The notes under the pieces: model-generated
The model's database searches: none
What the model was told of the DNA's origin: nothing
Seen by the model: only the letters and a program-made list of their open reading frames with translations
Shown here: positions 1-12,690 of the stretch, piece by piece
How positions within the stretch are numbered: the first letter of the stretch is position 1
How the letters are laid out: each line of letters starts with the position of its first letter
From: Amphiscolops sp. MND2022
Taxonomy: Eukaryota
NCBI GenBank assembly: GCA_964187785.1
Contig: OZ076409.1
Span: 80,912,001-80,976,000, forward strand
Direction of reading: 5' to 3'
DNA length: 64,000 bases
Made by a program: the position numbers and the translations under genes

Positions 1-346
1 AGATGCTAGTAAGAGGGTCAACCCGGGTAACTCATCAACGGAAATTTATGGTGCTCAAAACATTAAAAACGTTTGTCTGATTACAAGATGTCAAGAAAAT
101 CATCTTGGTGAAACATCCAGTCATTTTTTTATGAGCAATGACAATATCAGCAGTACAAAAAACGGGGTAATTTCGGATGGCTAAATAACTACTCAAGCTT
201 GAAATCTTTACACCATAGCGGCCAAAATAGTTAGATATGGTAGAAAAAATTGTTTAAACTTTTCATTATATAACTTAATGTTGATACATGACAGCTCATG
301 TCAGATTTTTTTGAAAAACAAAATTGTAAATAATGTTTTTTTTCAG

Positions 347-499
347 TGGTGCAATTTGGTTTCGTTACCATGTTTGCATGTGCTTTCCCTATCGGACCCA
401 TTCTTGCGTTGGCAAACAACATCATTGAGATCCGGAGTGATGCGTGGAAGTACACAGCTTTGACCAGGCGCCCCGTGCCTGAGAGATCCAAGGATATTG
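347..499 (+). CDS. ANO: Anoctamin/TMEM16 family gene, internal exon (gene begins left of window)
   Basis: tttcag acceptor at 345-346 and GT donor at 500. Encodes [51 protein letters not shown], the typical anoctamin TM-region signature. Paralog not determinable. Confidence 0.93.
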
Positions 500-839
500 G
501 TTAGGAAGACTAAAATGACTAAACTCCTCTTGGTGATTGTCTTTGGAAAATTCAGTCAATATTTATGACAGCAGAGCTGAATCGAATTTCCAGTTTTTCT
601 ACACATGCTCGCAAATTTTTCAAAGAAAGGTTGTTTTATGTCATTGGACGCCATTGGATTCTAAAATGCAAAGTAAAATATTTTCAGATAATTTTCAATA
701 ATTATTGGATCTACTGAAAAAATCAGACTCCTTTTGAATTCATTTGGAAGTCGAAACCAATTTTAGTCCTATTTGTTGGTAACTATTGTCAGAAATGAAA
801 GTATTAAACATTCTCGTTAGCCTAACTTTTCCTCTTCAG

Positions 840-892
840 GAATATGGTTCGACGTGCTTTTCTTCCTATCCCGGCTGGCTGTTTTCACAAAT
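840..892 (+). CDS. ANO: Anoctamin exon (GIWFDVLFFLSRLAVFTN)
   Basis: cttcag acceptor, gtaagt donor, phase-compatible with flanking exons. Confidence 0.92.
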
Positions 893-971
893 GTAAGTAA
901 ACAATTTTTGTGACATCATTTAAGCAAAAATGTTTTCCCACTATTGCTCGACTGGGGCGTTTATATTCCAG

Positions 972-1138
972 GCGTACCTGATGTGCTTCACTTCGTACTA
1001 CCTGGACAGAACTGTTTATTCGTACGTGTATCCAGAGGATTCTGGCCTGAACAACTTCTACAACTTCACCCTTGCCGATGCCCCACCAAAATACTTGCAA
1101 GGAACTGACCCCGACGGCTTGCCTAGAGTGCCTTGCAA
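972..1138 (+). CDS. ANO: Anoctamin exon (AYLMCFTSYYLDRTVY...PRVPC)
   Basis: ttccag acceptor, gtgagt donor, in frame with previous exon. Confidence 0.9.
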
Positions 1139-1449
1139 GTGAGTTTATAAGGATGTCCGGACCGTACGCCTAAAGACATCACACCCAAGTACATGGGAAT
1201 GGTAAATAATGTCCAAAAAATGGATTTTGTGAAAATAAAAAACATCCAACGAAGGCATTCGTGATCTCTAGTGCCCTAAACGCAGGAGAGGAGCGAAGCG
1301 ACGTGCCATTACCGGTCTGGCGGCTAGTTTTAACATCCTGGAAGGAGGAAGGCCGAGTCATACAACAAAATTTTCAAAATATTGGGCGTAACGTCTTTGA
1401 GTGTAATGTCCCAGAGGACTTATAAAAGATCAAAATCTCATATTGCAAG

Positions 1450-4400
1450 GAACTTATACAAGCCTATCTTCGATATAAGCCGCGATTAATTGACTTGAAC
1501 TATCTGTCAAAACTATCATGTGCCAAACTTCGACATTGTTTGCTCAGAACCCGGAAAGTGTTGAAACGAGAAATGATTTTTCATCAGTTTTAGGGCTCAA
1601 TATCCGATGTTTAGATTATCATTTTGAAAATTTTTTGGTACTACTGGAAACTCTGACACCTAAACCTGATATAATGGCAATTACAGAAACTTGGATGACA
1701 GAAAATGACCCATTAGAAGAATTTCAAATCGATGGATACCAGCCCATTGTTTCGAATCCTCGTAAAGAATTTAAACGGCCATCAGGCGGGGTTGCTTTCT
1801 ATATCAAAGAAAGAATAGAATATGAGCCAATAGAAACTTCCATTATTATTGAGTGCCAGCTAATCAAAGTGAAATACGACCACGACTTAGTCAAAGTTTT
1901 TTGTGTAATCTATCGTCCTGATACCTTTCGGCTGACAAAATTTTTACCAAAATTCGAGGAGCTTCTGTTTTTCCTAAAATCACTCAGCTATGAAACTTTT
2001 ATATTCGGTGACTTCAATATAAACACATTAATCACTGATAATGACAAAGTCAAATATGGAAATCTTCTCAATTCATATGATTACAAAATACAGAATACTC
2101 TACCAACTAGAGTTACACCAACAACGAAAAGCTGTTTAGATCATTATTTTGCGAGTGATGAGCTGTACACGCAAATGATTGAAACAACTATCAGTGATCA
2201 TTTCACTGTCGCGGCATCAATTCCTCTTACTTCTCGTAAATGATACAAAAAAGAACTGGAAAAGAAAAAGGTCAGAAAAATGAAGAACTTGAAAGGAGAT
2301 AATGCATTGAATTTTCTCTTCCTACTTGATCAAAAGCCTAAAACAATTCAATCAACATCATGCACTGAAATGCGAGCCCAGATGATGTGCGAAAAAATAA
2401 TTGAATGTATCGATAAGTTTGCACCGGAAAAAGAAGTTGTCATTAAAAATGAAACGAACTCATGGATTACCAACGAAATCAAAAACGCAATGGTCAAACG
2501 AGATTGCCTCTTCCGAAAGTGGGTTGAAAATCCAAACTCCAAAAATCATATCGAATATAAAAATCATCGGAATGTAGTAACCCAAAAAATACGACTTGCA
2601 AAAAAGGAAGCTAATTTCATAAAACTAGGTCCTAATCCAAGTCCAAAACATATTTACCGGACTTTGAAAGCAAAAAAAACTTCAACAAATGCAACAGCAT
2701 TGTACTGTTTTGCCGGATCTTGACCATTTGAATAACTACTTTGTGTCTGTTGGTCAAATTCTGTCATCCAAGTTACCTACAATTGAGAACAATGCTAAAA
2801 TCGCCAACAATAAGGAAACCATGTTCGTGTATCCCATCGATGAGTTCGAAGTTGCGAAGATACCTAAAAACATGAAAAACAAGAAGAGTATTGGTGAAGA
2901 TGGGATAAATAATGAGTTGTTAAAGTGTTGCTTTCCCATAATAGAACCTCATATTGCAACATTGTTCAACAACTGTATTGAAGACGGGATTTTTCCCGAT
3001 TGCTTCAAAACAGCCAAAGTAATACCATTATATAACAAGCCGGGAACGGCCCAAGTCGGCGCCATATCTAAGGCTCAAAAATAGCAGAAAGACTTCAAAA
3101 TGTCAAAGTATTGGTGAATTGGGGACCGTTTCAAGAAAAAACAACAAAAGTTCTCAAAAATCTAAAAATTAAGAAAAATTTTTTTGAAAATTTTTTTCGA
3201 AGTTTCCGGTAAGTCGCATAGTGCCGAAAAATGTAAAAGGGGGGACGCTTTTTATCTCATGTTTGACGCTTTGGATGCGTTGAAAATGAAGTACTAAGTA
3301 CATATGGTAAAAGTTGGTAAATGTGCATTAATTGGATTAATGCACAAAAAGTGGACGTACGCGTTGAACTGACTAAAAAAAAACTAGCCACTGTAAGAGT
3401 CGGGATTTTCTTCGAAAACGCCGACTAAAAAGGGTGATCGCAAAGACCCTGGAAATTCAGACCAATCAGCCTTTTAAGTTCATTGAGTAAAATTTTTGAA
3501 AAATTTTTGCACAAAAGAATGATGAATTTTTGTGAGTCAAATAGCCTTTTACATGGAGCCCAGTTTGGGTTTAGATCTAAAATGTCTTGCGTTCATGCCA
3601 TTACCACTGTTACTGAATACATAAGAACAGCTATAGAAAACAAGCAGTTAGGTCAATCTTGTTTTATTGACTTGCAAAAAGCCTTCGATACACTTAATCA
3701 TGAAATACTTTTACAGAAAATGGAAAATTGTGGTTTCAGAGGGAAAATCTTGAGCCTTATTGCAAATTTTTTTAAAAGACAGGCGTCAATTTGTATATCA
3801 CAATGGGAGAACCACATCAAAATGACTGATTACTACGGGTGTCCCACAAGGATCTGTGTTAGGGCCATTTCTTTTTCTTATATACATAAATGATCAACCG
3901 ACAATCATTCAAGAAAGTCAAGTAACCGTGTTTGCTGATGATACAAGTCTCTTGAAAAGTGGGAAGAAAGGCAAACTTTTATTACAACCAGATGTTGAAA
4001 GATTGTCAAACTGGTTCATTAGTAACAAATTAACCATCAATGTCGGGAAATGTGAAAATATTTCATTTGGCATTGGAGCTCCACAAGAGCCTCATATTTT
4101 GGAGAAACCTTAGACTTATAAAAAGTCATGTAAATACTTAGGGCTGCATCTAGATGGATCTTTGAGATTTCGTGAGCATATAGATTATGTTGTTAAAAAA
4201 CTCAATAAGTTTTGTGGCCTAATTTATAGAATACGAGAGCAATACACCAGGTCCTCGCTCCTGATGTTCTATAATTCGTTTGCCAAGTCTGTCATAAGCT
4301 ATGCTTTCTTTATGTATGGGACTGCTGCTAAAACTAATCTAATGAAAGTTGAAAATGCTCAACGCAGAATTCTTAGAGCTATTTTTTTCAGGCGAAAGTT

Positions 4401-5033
4401 CGACTCCCTAAACAATATCTGGTACGAACACAAGATTCAGACTGTATTTGAAATGTATATATCAGAATTGATCAAAGAGACGTTCAAACAGATTAGATTG
4501 GAGTCTCCTGTTCAATTTTTCACGCCATATGCATGCAAAGAGTCCCATTTACCAACTCGTGGGAGGTCAAGAAACAATATTCCCTCGAAATATTATAGGA
4601 CAGTCGTCAAGCGTAAATGTCTTGAAAATTCTTTTCGGAAAATTTATAATTCTTTGTTGAACTTGGATTTAATACCGCAAAACTTATTGAAGATGACTAA
4701 ATCAGAAATGAAGTCATATGTTGACAGTGTTAGTCTATTGTATGTACGTGACAACAGAGAGGTATTTTCATTGTTTTTTCGAGTATTGGAATATACATTC
4801 GCTATGAGAATGATCTTGCCAAAATCTTGGATCTGTTTTCTGTAAAAAATAAGTTTCTAGGGTTTTCTTTATTCATCCACTTATCGGGTTCTAAGGGCAG
4901 GGACTTGACGAGCACCCTGCTCTTTTCCTGTCCTGATTGGATACGTTGTATTTTCATTCATATAAAAATCATCTTTATTTTTATTTATATTGTATATCCA
5001 ATCAAAATAACTGTTCTGTTCTTGAACAACTAG
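1450..5033 (+). mobile_element. Degenerate CR1/L2-like non-LTR retrotransposon (APE endonuclease + RT) in anoctamin intron
   Basis: ORF fragments 1518-2243 (LNIR, ETW, GGVAFYI, GDFN, PTR, LDH, SDH endonuclease motifs) and 2280-4845 (QFGFR, IDLQKAFDT, GVPQGS-LGP, FADDT, KYLG), broken by stops and frameshifts. Ends approximate. Confidence 0.9.
3035..3427. mobile_element. Non-autonomous Helentron/DINE-1-like (HINE) element inserted in the LINE
   Basis: Splits LINE codons PLY|KKGDRKDPGN. Begins (a)acaag, has subterminal IR agtcggcg (3054-3061)/cgccgact (3419-3426), a terminal hairpin at 3398-3426, and sits in an AA/TT site with no longer TSD. Confidence 0.65.
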
Positions 5034-5149
5034 TTACAAATATTTGAGTACAAAGCAAAATTTATGGACTTTTGCAGTACTCAAACGTTTTCAATTAGTT
5101 AGGTTATTTTAATAAACGTGTGTTATTTTAAGTTTTTGTGCCATTTCAG

Positions 5150-5240
5150 GTATGAGGGCTATTATAACTCAGATGGTAATCGAACCGAGTATTTTTGGAG
5201 GTTATTGGCAATCAAACTGGCTTACATGATTGCTTTTGAG
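5150..5240 (+). CDS. ANO: Anoctamin exon (YEGYYNSDGNRTEYFWRLLAIKLAYMIAFE)
   Basis: tttcag acceptor, gtaggt donor; last-TM motif; phase fits the exon ending at 1138 across a 4-kb LINE-containing intron. Confidence 0.9.
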
Positions 5241-5383
5241 GTAGGTAACCTGTCACAGGTTTTTGACTTCAAGAACTTGTAAATAAAAACATTGCCTAAT
5301 AAGAAGTAATAAGCGTTTGAAACAGATTTAAAAGTTTTACTGTCAAAGAGTGAGAGTTTTTCCTCGATTGGTAGAACTATTAA

Positions 5384-5902
5384 CCCGAAATGGAGGTGGA
5401 AATTTCCGGATCCATCCAAAAATCTGGTGTTTAAACTTTAAACCGCAATATCTCCTAAACTATTCAAGTCCGACAAATGATTCATGGCGCGTTCGAAAGA
5501 AGACTATCAGGGCTTTCAATTTGATTTTTGAACTGCCGGGCTTTGCCGCACTGGCTCCGGACTTTGCGCCAAAACTTTGCACGCTTCGTGTCTCTGATTG
5601 CATTTCAGCAAGTTTCAGCACATGCTAGGGTCACTTTAACCCAATCTTGATACCAGTGGGATAAAAGGACCAGAAACGAAAACTGGAAAAACGAAAAATC
5701 TGCGCTATTTTTTTTCCGATTTTTGGTCCCATGTTCATGATTTCTGAGACATCATGTCAATATTACGTGAAATGGCGCGCAATGCTATGTAAAATCGTCT
5801 GAAAACCTTATTCAAGAGTTTTCTTCACCATACGGTCAGCTGGTGCGTTTAGAAGTTTGCAGAATTTAACTGGTACGAAATCGTACCATGGTTCATTCAG
5901 GG
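5384..5902. mobile_element. Possible piggyBac-type MITE
   Basis: TTAA on both sides (5380-5383, 5903-5906), CCC...GGG termini, short imperfect TIR (cccgaaatg/ccctgaatg). Confidence 0.4.
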
Positions 5903-5986
5903 TTAAATAGACTAAATAAACAAAACTGCAATCGAGTACGTGGTTGTATAACTTACCATACTGACATAATGAGAAGTTTTTTTCAG

Positions 5987-6115
5987 CATATCATTTTCCT
6001 GATCGGTATCGTGCTAGAACTGATGATTCCTGACACGCCTGAAGACGTCGAACTTCGAATCAAAAGAGAGGCTTTCATTGCCAACGAAATTTTTTCACCT
6101 GTTCGAAATCCAAGG
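5987..6115 (+). CDS. ANO: Anoctamin exon (HIIFLIGIVLELMIPDTPEDVELRIKREAF...)
   Basis: tttcag acceptor, gttag donor; IPDxPxxVxxxIKRE motif of the anoctamin C-terminus. Confidence 0.9.
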
Positions 6116-6193
6116 GTTAGAAAGTTTTACTTAAAATTTCTAAGTTAATAGCAAATTTTTCTTCATGTTTTCGTTTCATCAATTGTTCAACAG

Positions 6194-6256
6194 GATGATA
6201 GGACGAAAGATGGAACGGAAATGGCATACCCTGATGACCCCTTCCATATTGACTGA
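6194..6256 (+). CDS. ANO: Probable terminal anoctamin exon (DDRTKDGTEMAYPDDPFHID-stop)
   Basis: caacag acceptor at 6192-6193, in frame with previous exon, TGA at 6254-6256; no conserved motif. Confidence 0.6.
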   Translation, partial: DDRTKDGTEMAYPDDPFHID

Positions 6257-9200
6257 AAAACTAGTTGCCAACATTCAGAATTGACTTGACTGGCTACATT
6301 GAAGAAATGGTACTAATCAAATTCACCAGATTGTTTGTAAATTTTTCTTTATAAAATGATTTGCGCTTGAAAATTAAATGAAAAAAGGTGTGAACTGTTG
6401 TGTTTTCAGTTCAGTATACTTTGATTTGAGAGTAGGAAGTGAAATGAAGACTTCTAAGACATTTTCAACAAGTTTCATCAATTGTTTTCGGCACTATATA
6501 TCCGTATGTATATATACTCTAGGCGAACTGCTAACTTACCACGGCAGTCGATATGAGAGGCAGTGATAAGTCTGCTCGCATCAGTTTCATTTGCCATCCA
6601 AACAAAACTCAATTGTTGATGAAATGAATAAAAAACAGCAATCACAGTTTCAAAATTACAATTTCATTGATCTTTATTAGCACCTGCTGAATTGCAGAAT
6701 CAGGTGTCTGTTGTTCATTCAAAATAGCAACTTTCTTGAAAAGAAAAAAAAGGTTTTTCAAGAGTATAATTGCATGTATAAAAGTAAAAAAAATCAGTTG
6801 GAGAATCTTAGATTTAGATTTGGTTAAAAGTAAAGAAAATTTAATTGAACCTGCTCCGAAACGAATCAAAAACTGGATTTTGCTTTCCAAATATCAACCA
6901 TTTATTTACTCGACAATTTTGGAATCAACGGCTAGGTCGGCGACACACGCAAGAAGTCATGTTCTATATGGAACTGATATCCTACAGAATATAATGCCGT
7001 TTGCGCAAATTTTCGGAACCCTATCACATGCGTAGGTGCAGCATTCACCCTACGAATAGAAACCTCAAATATTTGGTAAGTCGCCTCCAGATGACCCGAT
7101 GAACATGACACTTGCCTAATATGTTCACCTACCAACCCTAAGTAACATATATAAAAGATACATCCATCAGTCCATTGCGCGAAAAGTTATGTTTATTTGA
7201 GGCACGCTGGACCGGGCGCGGGGCCCGCAGAAAAGAAGCATTTGACCTTGGTTTTTAATACCTCAAAGGAACCGCGATAATGATTGTAGCCGATTGATAA
7301 TGTGAAAAAATTGTGTTTGTATCCATCATGGGGTAACCGTCTTACGTAAACAAACTATATGCACAGCCTGTGACGCGGGAACCATTGACCCTAAAACTTA
7401 AACTCGGTATGTAGCAATTTTGGATGACTACAAATAACTCAAGTGTCTTCTCAGTGGTGCCCCTAAGTATATGAAACACCGTATCTCTAAACGTAAATCA
7501 GCGTCTTTGCGTGATAATATTTGCATTTCATTTAGGGGAGAAGAATCGAGGTGGACTACCCTCATAAGGACGAAAAAGTGTCTCGCGCGTCTAGAAAGCA
7601 TGTAAACCATGTAACTGAAGGTCGTTGAGCAATTGTCTCGATAAAAGAATTATCTGGAGAGAACTTAAATAATTATGAAAGGTGAACTTCGTACAAGTTG
7701 TTGAATTCTTTGTCGTTGGCGGCAAAGAATGTTTAGTTGAAGTATAACTAGTGGCATTGGCCATGCCATAAAAGGACTAGACAAACTTGAAGGTAAAGTC
7801 ATGCAAACTTCAGATATCAACGCCCAATGATGAAAATGCTAAATATGATCGAAAGTGAAGGTTAACCACCCGAAACACGTGCGATAATTAAAGATTCGAA
7901 AGCAACAGCTGATATAGAAGTAAAAGACACACACGGGTTCGAGAGGTAGGGGCAAGTTGAGTTTTGCGGAGAAAAATACTTTTCTAGATTGTGTTGTCGC
8001 TAGCTCAGAAGATTTAGTGACTAGTCTGGGACTTCTAATCATGTTAAAGCAGCTTCAACAAGATTAATTAGTCCTAACGTTACTGGCTGAATCGCGGATT
8101 CAATTGTGGTCGTATGTTTTTATTGGGAATTATAGATAACATTTGAATATATTCGACTCGATTTATACCTATCTTTTCATACTAATTTGAATTATTGCAA
8201 TCTCGTGAGTCGATAGAGCAACAACTGGATAAAATTTGACAGTAACAAGTGAAATTATCTGTTTCCAATTGGAGGTAAAACTCTCTAGCCTCCGACTTCG
8301 ATTTTCTTAAATTTGTACATTTTATTCAAACGAGCTTCGAGAATTTGCGCTGAAAAATTCTGAAAATGCGACTTTAAATTTTACATTGTTTGGACGAGAT
8401 TGCGACAGTTTTTGGCCGCTTTTTTCAAGTGTTTTATGAGAGTTGGAAAAATGATGTCCAGACTACAAAATTGACTGAGAGGCTTTACTTCTGACCAGTA
8501 GTATTGGAGATAGTCAAAAATTTCGGAAACTTACATAAATTACACCATTGAGATAACATTTTTTTCGTCGATTTCAAAAAAATATCGTTGTAATTCAGAT
8601 CAATTGAGGAACATTTGCTTCAGGAACTTTTTGAAAAGCGCATCTCAAGAAGAAAATGCAAATGCATATTCAACGTTTTAGCCTATGATATCAGCTCTTT
8701 ACGTTTTTGTGGAGGCCGAAAAACTTAAAACGGAATCTTTTTCGGATTCTAATTCCACATAGCAAGCTACTGAATCGCATCTGCAAGATTTTTGGATTAT
8801 TTCATAAATTGGCGAGGTTCAAAACATTTGGAAGACCGTTTTTTATTAAAACGGGTCGCCAACTTGGGGTGTGTTTTTGCTATGTTTGCTTAATCTGATG
8901 CAAAGTGGGAAAATTATTTTTTCTGAAACGTCTGAAAGACAAATTTATTTTTCATTTTTCAAAACAGTAATGTTAGTCAAGAATGGTTCATTTAAATCGC
9001 CAGTCCGGTTGAAAAATTTAATGCAACGAAGTGGTTGAAAATCAATAAAATTCACCGTATGGTGTAGCTTGTCGTCAACAACTTTCTGTGATTTCTCATG
9101 AAAAGCTTCCTACTGGTTTTCATGCAATGTGCTAGTGCTATCTTGATATGCTTTTTTCGAAAATTTACTGACGAGTTACTGAGCTAACGGGGCGTTTTCG

Positions 9201-9288
9201 TTCTTCTCGAGTCCTCTGTCAAAAGCACGAGTTCAATTCCACATAAATTTGTCACGAATTTGAAAAGCACACAGAACCATAAGATAAT

Positions 9289-9757
9289 CAGGCCCAATAG
9301 TTTTATGCTGCTCTATAGGCCATTTTCTGCGGCTTTATAAAAAGAATTCTGCTCAACGAAAAAATCTGCAAAGGAAGGGATAGCACCTCCTTGCTTAGTA
9401 TTTTTTCACAATTTCATAATAACATTTAATTGAAACCACAGGTTTCTCCTTTAATTTTCTGTGTTTCGCAGAATTAATATGGTCCCGAATAGTTGAGTTT
9501 TTAAAACTCAAAGAATGACAACAGAATTCACAGAATAACACGCCGTCCTGGACATATAAAATTGAAACAAGCTGGCAATTACCACATTTGCTAACATGGT
9601 TTTATACAATTATACACTAATATAATGATTCATGAGTTTAAGATTTCGATATTCTGCTATAACGTAAATTCTGCTTAAAATTCTGCTTTATACTGTTTTC
9701 GGCTTTATACAGCATATTCTGCTTTATTCTGCGGTGAGCAGAAAACTATTGGGCCTG
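9289..9757. mobile_element. hAT-type MITE
   Basis: 16-bp TIR caggcccaatagtttt; 8-bp TSD aagataat/atgataat (1 mismatch). Confidence 0.8.
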
Positions 9758-10929
9758 ATGATAATCTATAAAAGAAACGAGGCAGAAATAATTAAAAAAT
9801 TTAGAACAAAATAGATGAAATTTGAAATGCTGATGTGATAAAACGCCAAAAGTGGCTCCAGAGTGTTCATAATTGCACAATTGGAACGTTCAGCGGCAAG
9901 TGTTTGGGCAAGGGTACACATGTACACTGGGCGCTTTCGACTTAGTCCGCTGCTGCTCATCGCTCAAAGCAAAGCGTATCGACCCATCAAAGAAATTGCT
10001 AGGTTCGTCTGACCCATCACAGCAATCGCACACTGCAATATAAAAACATAGTGCACTATCAATAACTTCATTAGTTTCCAGCCTAAAACATTGATCACTT
10101 TAACCTGAAAGTGAAATTTTAACGCTTTCATTCAGTTCTGGATTGAAATTTGAAACGAAAGAAACAGGCAGGCACACACGTGACATGATGATTGATTTCG
10201 ACGACCAATCAGAAGCAAATCAACAGAACTAGGACGTACCACCGTCGAACAAGAATGTAGTTGGTATTCTTCGGTTTCCCTTCGAGCAAGTAAACATTTG
10301 ATCATTGCAGGCCGATGTCAACGTTTCATCACATCCAATATCACAATAATTGTCATTCATCTAAAACATTTATTTTGGATTCAGAAGTAGATGTGTTGGC
10401 ATAGATCACTGTAAAGCTTACACGAAAAGCACGCTTATCACTTATTGCGCTTGTGACTAGCCTCTTAACACTTTGGAAGAAATTTTTCGGTTCCGCAATT
10501 TCTGTTTTCAACTGCAATTGCTTCACATTTCGAAATTGATCTGTCACTACCTTTTGACAAGGGACACCCAATAAATAATTGGGTTCCAATTATTTGCAAT
10601 TAAATTTGACAGTTAGTATTGATTGGGCTGTTCACCAATGATCAATTAATTGATTGGCGACTACCCAATAAGTGAAATAAATGGTTTTTACAAAAAACCA
10701 CCTTTTCCATGCTTTCAGGTTGAAACGAGTACGGTGGCTGACTTAAAGTATACTTTCCTCAGATATTTCACGAATTGCACTTAGAAAGATACATGCACTT
10801 ACTGACAAACAAAGTTGAAGACATTGCTTAAGAACTACCTGACAAATTCGCTTTAATGATCGATGGTTGCAACAGTGGAAGCACGCACTTTTTGGGTGTA
10901 GTGGCATGTTACCCATCACATGATCAAGA

Positions 10930-11790
10930 TTTCGAAACAACTCTAATGGCTTTGTCTCCCTTCTGGACGAGACCTCACAAACTTAGTCAGAACAGTTTGA
11001 CTTCCTAAGGCTGACTTTAGTAATTTCGGTAAGACTAATGCTGAAAATATCGCCTTGATTGCTGACAATTGCGAGACAAAAAAGCTCTTGCGGATTTGTG
11101 TGAGGTTCCATTGATAGGACATAGTTCGCAGACTGGCACTAGCTGTAAAGGAACTTATACAGCCACATGAAACACGGTTGAACAAAATCAACATGATATT
11201 GGGGAAGTTGAAATCTCCCTAAGACGTCAGCCGAATTGCGAAAATTAACCCTCTTCGACCAGTCCAACAAGGAGCCACTAGATCGTTAAGTACAATGCAA
11301 ATATTGGAACGTTACTTATCAATCAAAGATCATTTATCGAAGATGCCGGGCCTTCCTGAACTCCTGCCTCCACCTGTCGAAGATAACGAAGTCAAGGAGC
11401 TAAGTAAGACGACGGTGCCACTGAAGTCAGTAACGTTACCTTTCCAACGCGATGATATGGACATGGCGTCGTAGAGACTTTTGTTCGACGAACTTTTTCG
11501 GACCATTCCAAAATTGGATGCCAAGGACACATTTGCAGCCATCAAATGTCCAGATTTCGACCAAGGTATAGTGAAGATCTTAAATGGCGAGGAGGCATTA
11601 ATATCTGTCAATGGGCAGTTGGCTTAACGGAAACTGCGAAAATCTAATTCTTGGGATGTTGACAGTCACGATGAAGCTGATTTTGCGTCTGCAGTGCTGG
11701 CTAAACGACTGAGGCAAGCCCCTCCATTGAAGTACGTATCATGCAAGTTCCTGTTACCGACATCGAATGTTTTGGAACGCTTTGGAAACA
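10930..11790 (+). pseudogene. hAT-superfamily transposase relic
   Basis: Frame-shifted fragments SPLLDETS, LIADNCET, LRPVQ..TRxLST..ILERYL and C-terminal KYVSCKFLLPTSNVLERF (hAT dimerisation motif). Confidence 0.7.
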
Positions 11791-11901
11791 CTGGGATTTG
11801 TCCACTGCTAATGATTTGGTTAATCTGAAGGAATTTGATCTCGAATTGTTGGCTTTTGTAAATTAATTCTCAATTGGAAACTCCAATTAATTCTCAATTG
11901 G

Positions 11902-12024
11902 AATTTGAGTTTTCTATTTTCAATAACAGTCGCTTCAAGAGATTTCGAAAACTGTTGTTATTTCAAAGCAACTTTCGTTGTCTCCAACAGCGACTGTGTT
12001 ATTGAAAATATAAAACTCCAAATT
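11902..12024. repeat. Imperfect palindrome (fold-back) of ~120 bp
   Basis: aatttgagttttctattttcaataacagtcgct pairs with agcgactgtgttattgaaaatataaaactccaaatt. Confidence 0.75.
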
Positions 12025-12416
12025 TTGTGGTCTTTAGGTAGCATGGACCCAAAAAAGTATCACCTTAAGTAAGTAAAGTGAACCCGGAAATTATCTTCAC
12101 GAACTCTATCAGCAAGAAAACCGCTGGCGAACGCATGGTCTGCTAACTAGTAAATGCGCCAACGTGGTCTAGCTGCTACCGCACTCGAGTGCGGGCAACG
12201 CTAAATTTGCCATACGTCGTCGAAGGGCATGCCACGGCATGCCAACGGACGGTGGGCGTCGGAACGAAATTAATCAACAGCAGCGATATCCTATTAATAA
12301 ACAAGAAGTTTTTTGTTTGAAGTTTTTTGTGGTGATAGCCCTCCCAAGTTGACACAAAGCCAACTTGAAAGGCTATCACAAGGTTCAGTTAACAGCTACT
12401 TGAAAAAGAAACCATG

Positions 12417-12672
12417 TGTTGCTTGTGTTGATAGCTTGATTTTATTGAGGGAGAGCAAGAGATTATTATCAAAACAATCTTTTTTAGAACTGAAATGTTT
12501 TCTATTCAGAAGCAGCTGAATTGATTTAATCAACAACAAAAAAGTGAGTAATAGCATAAACATGTGAACAAATCATGATTCAATTTGAAAGCTGACGTGT
12601 ACATGAAATATAATTAACATGCTCGAAATCATCATTGTTTAAAATTGGAAACGTATTTTTGTAGCTTCAACA
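12417..12672 (-). repeat. 3' LTR of BEL-1
   Basis: Direct repeat of 18484-18736; adjacent to the G-rich PPT on the minus strand (12673-12690). Confidence 0.95.
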
Positions 12673-12690
12673 TTCCGCCCGCCCGCCCGC

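Noticed and set aside
6300..9280. Short ORFs downstream of anoctamin
   Set aside because: AT-rich, low-complexity translations with no recognisable motifs or consistent splice structure.
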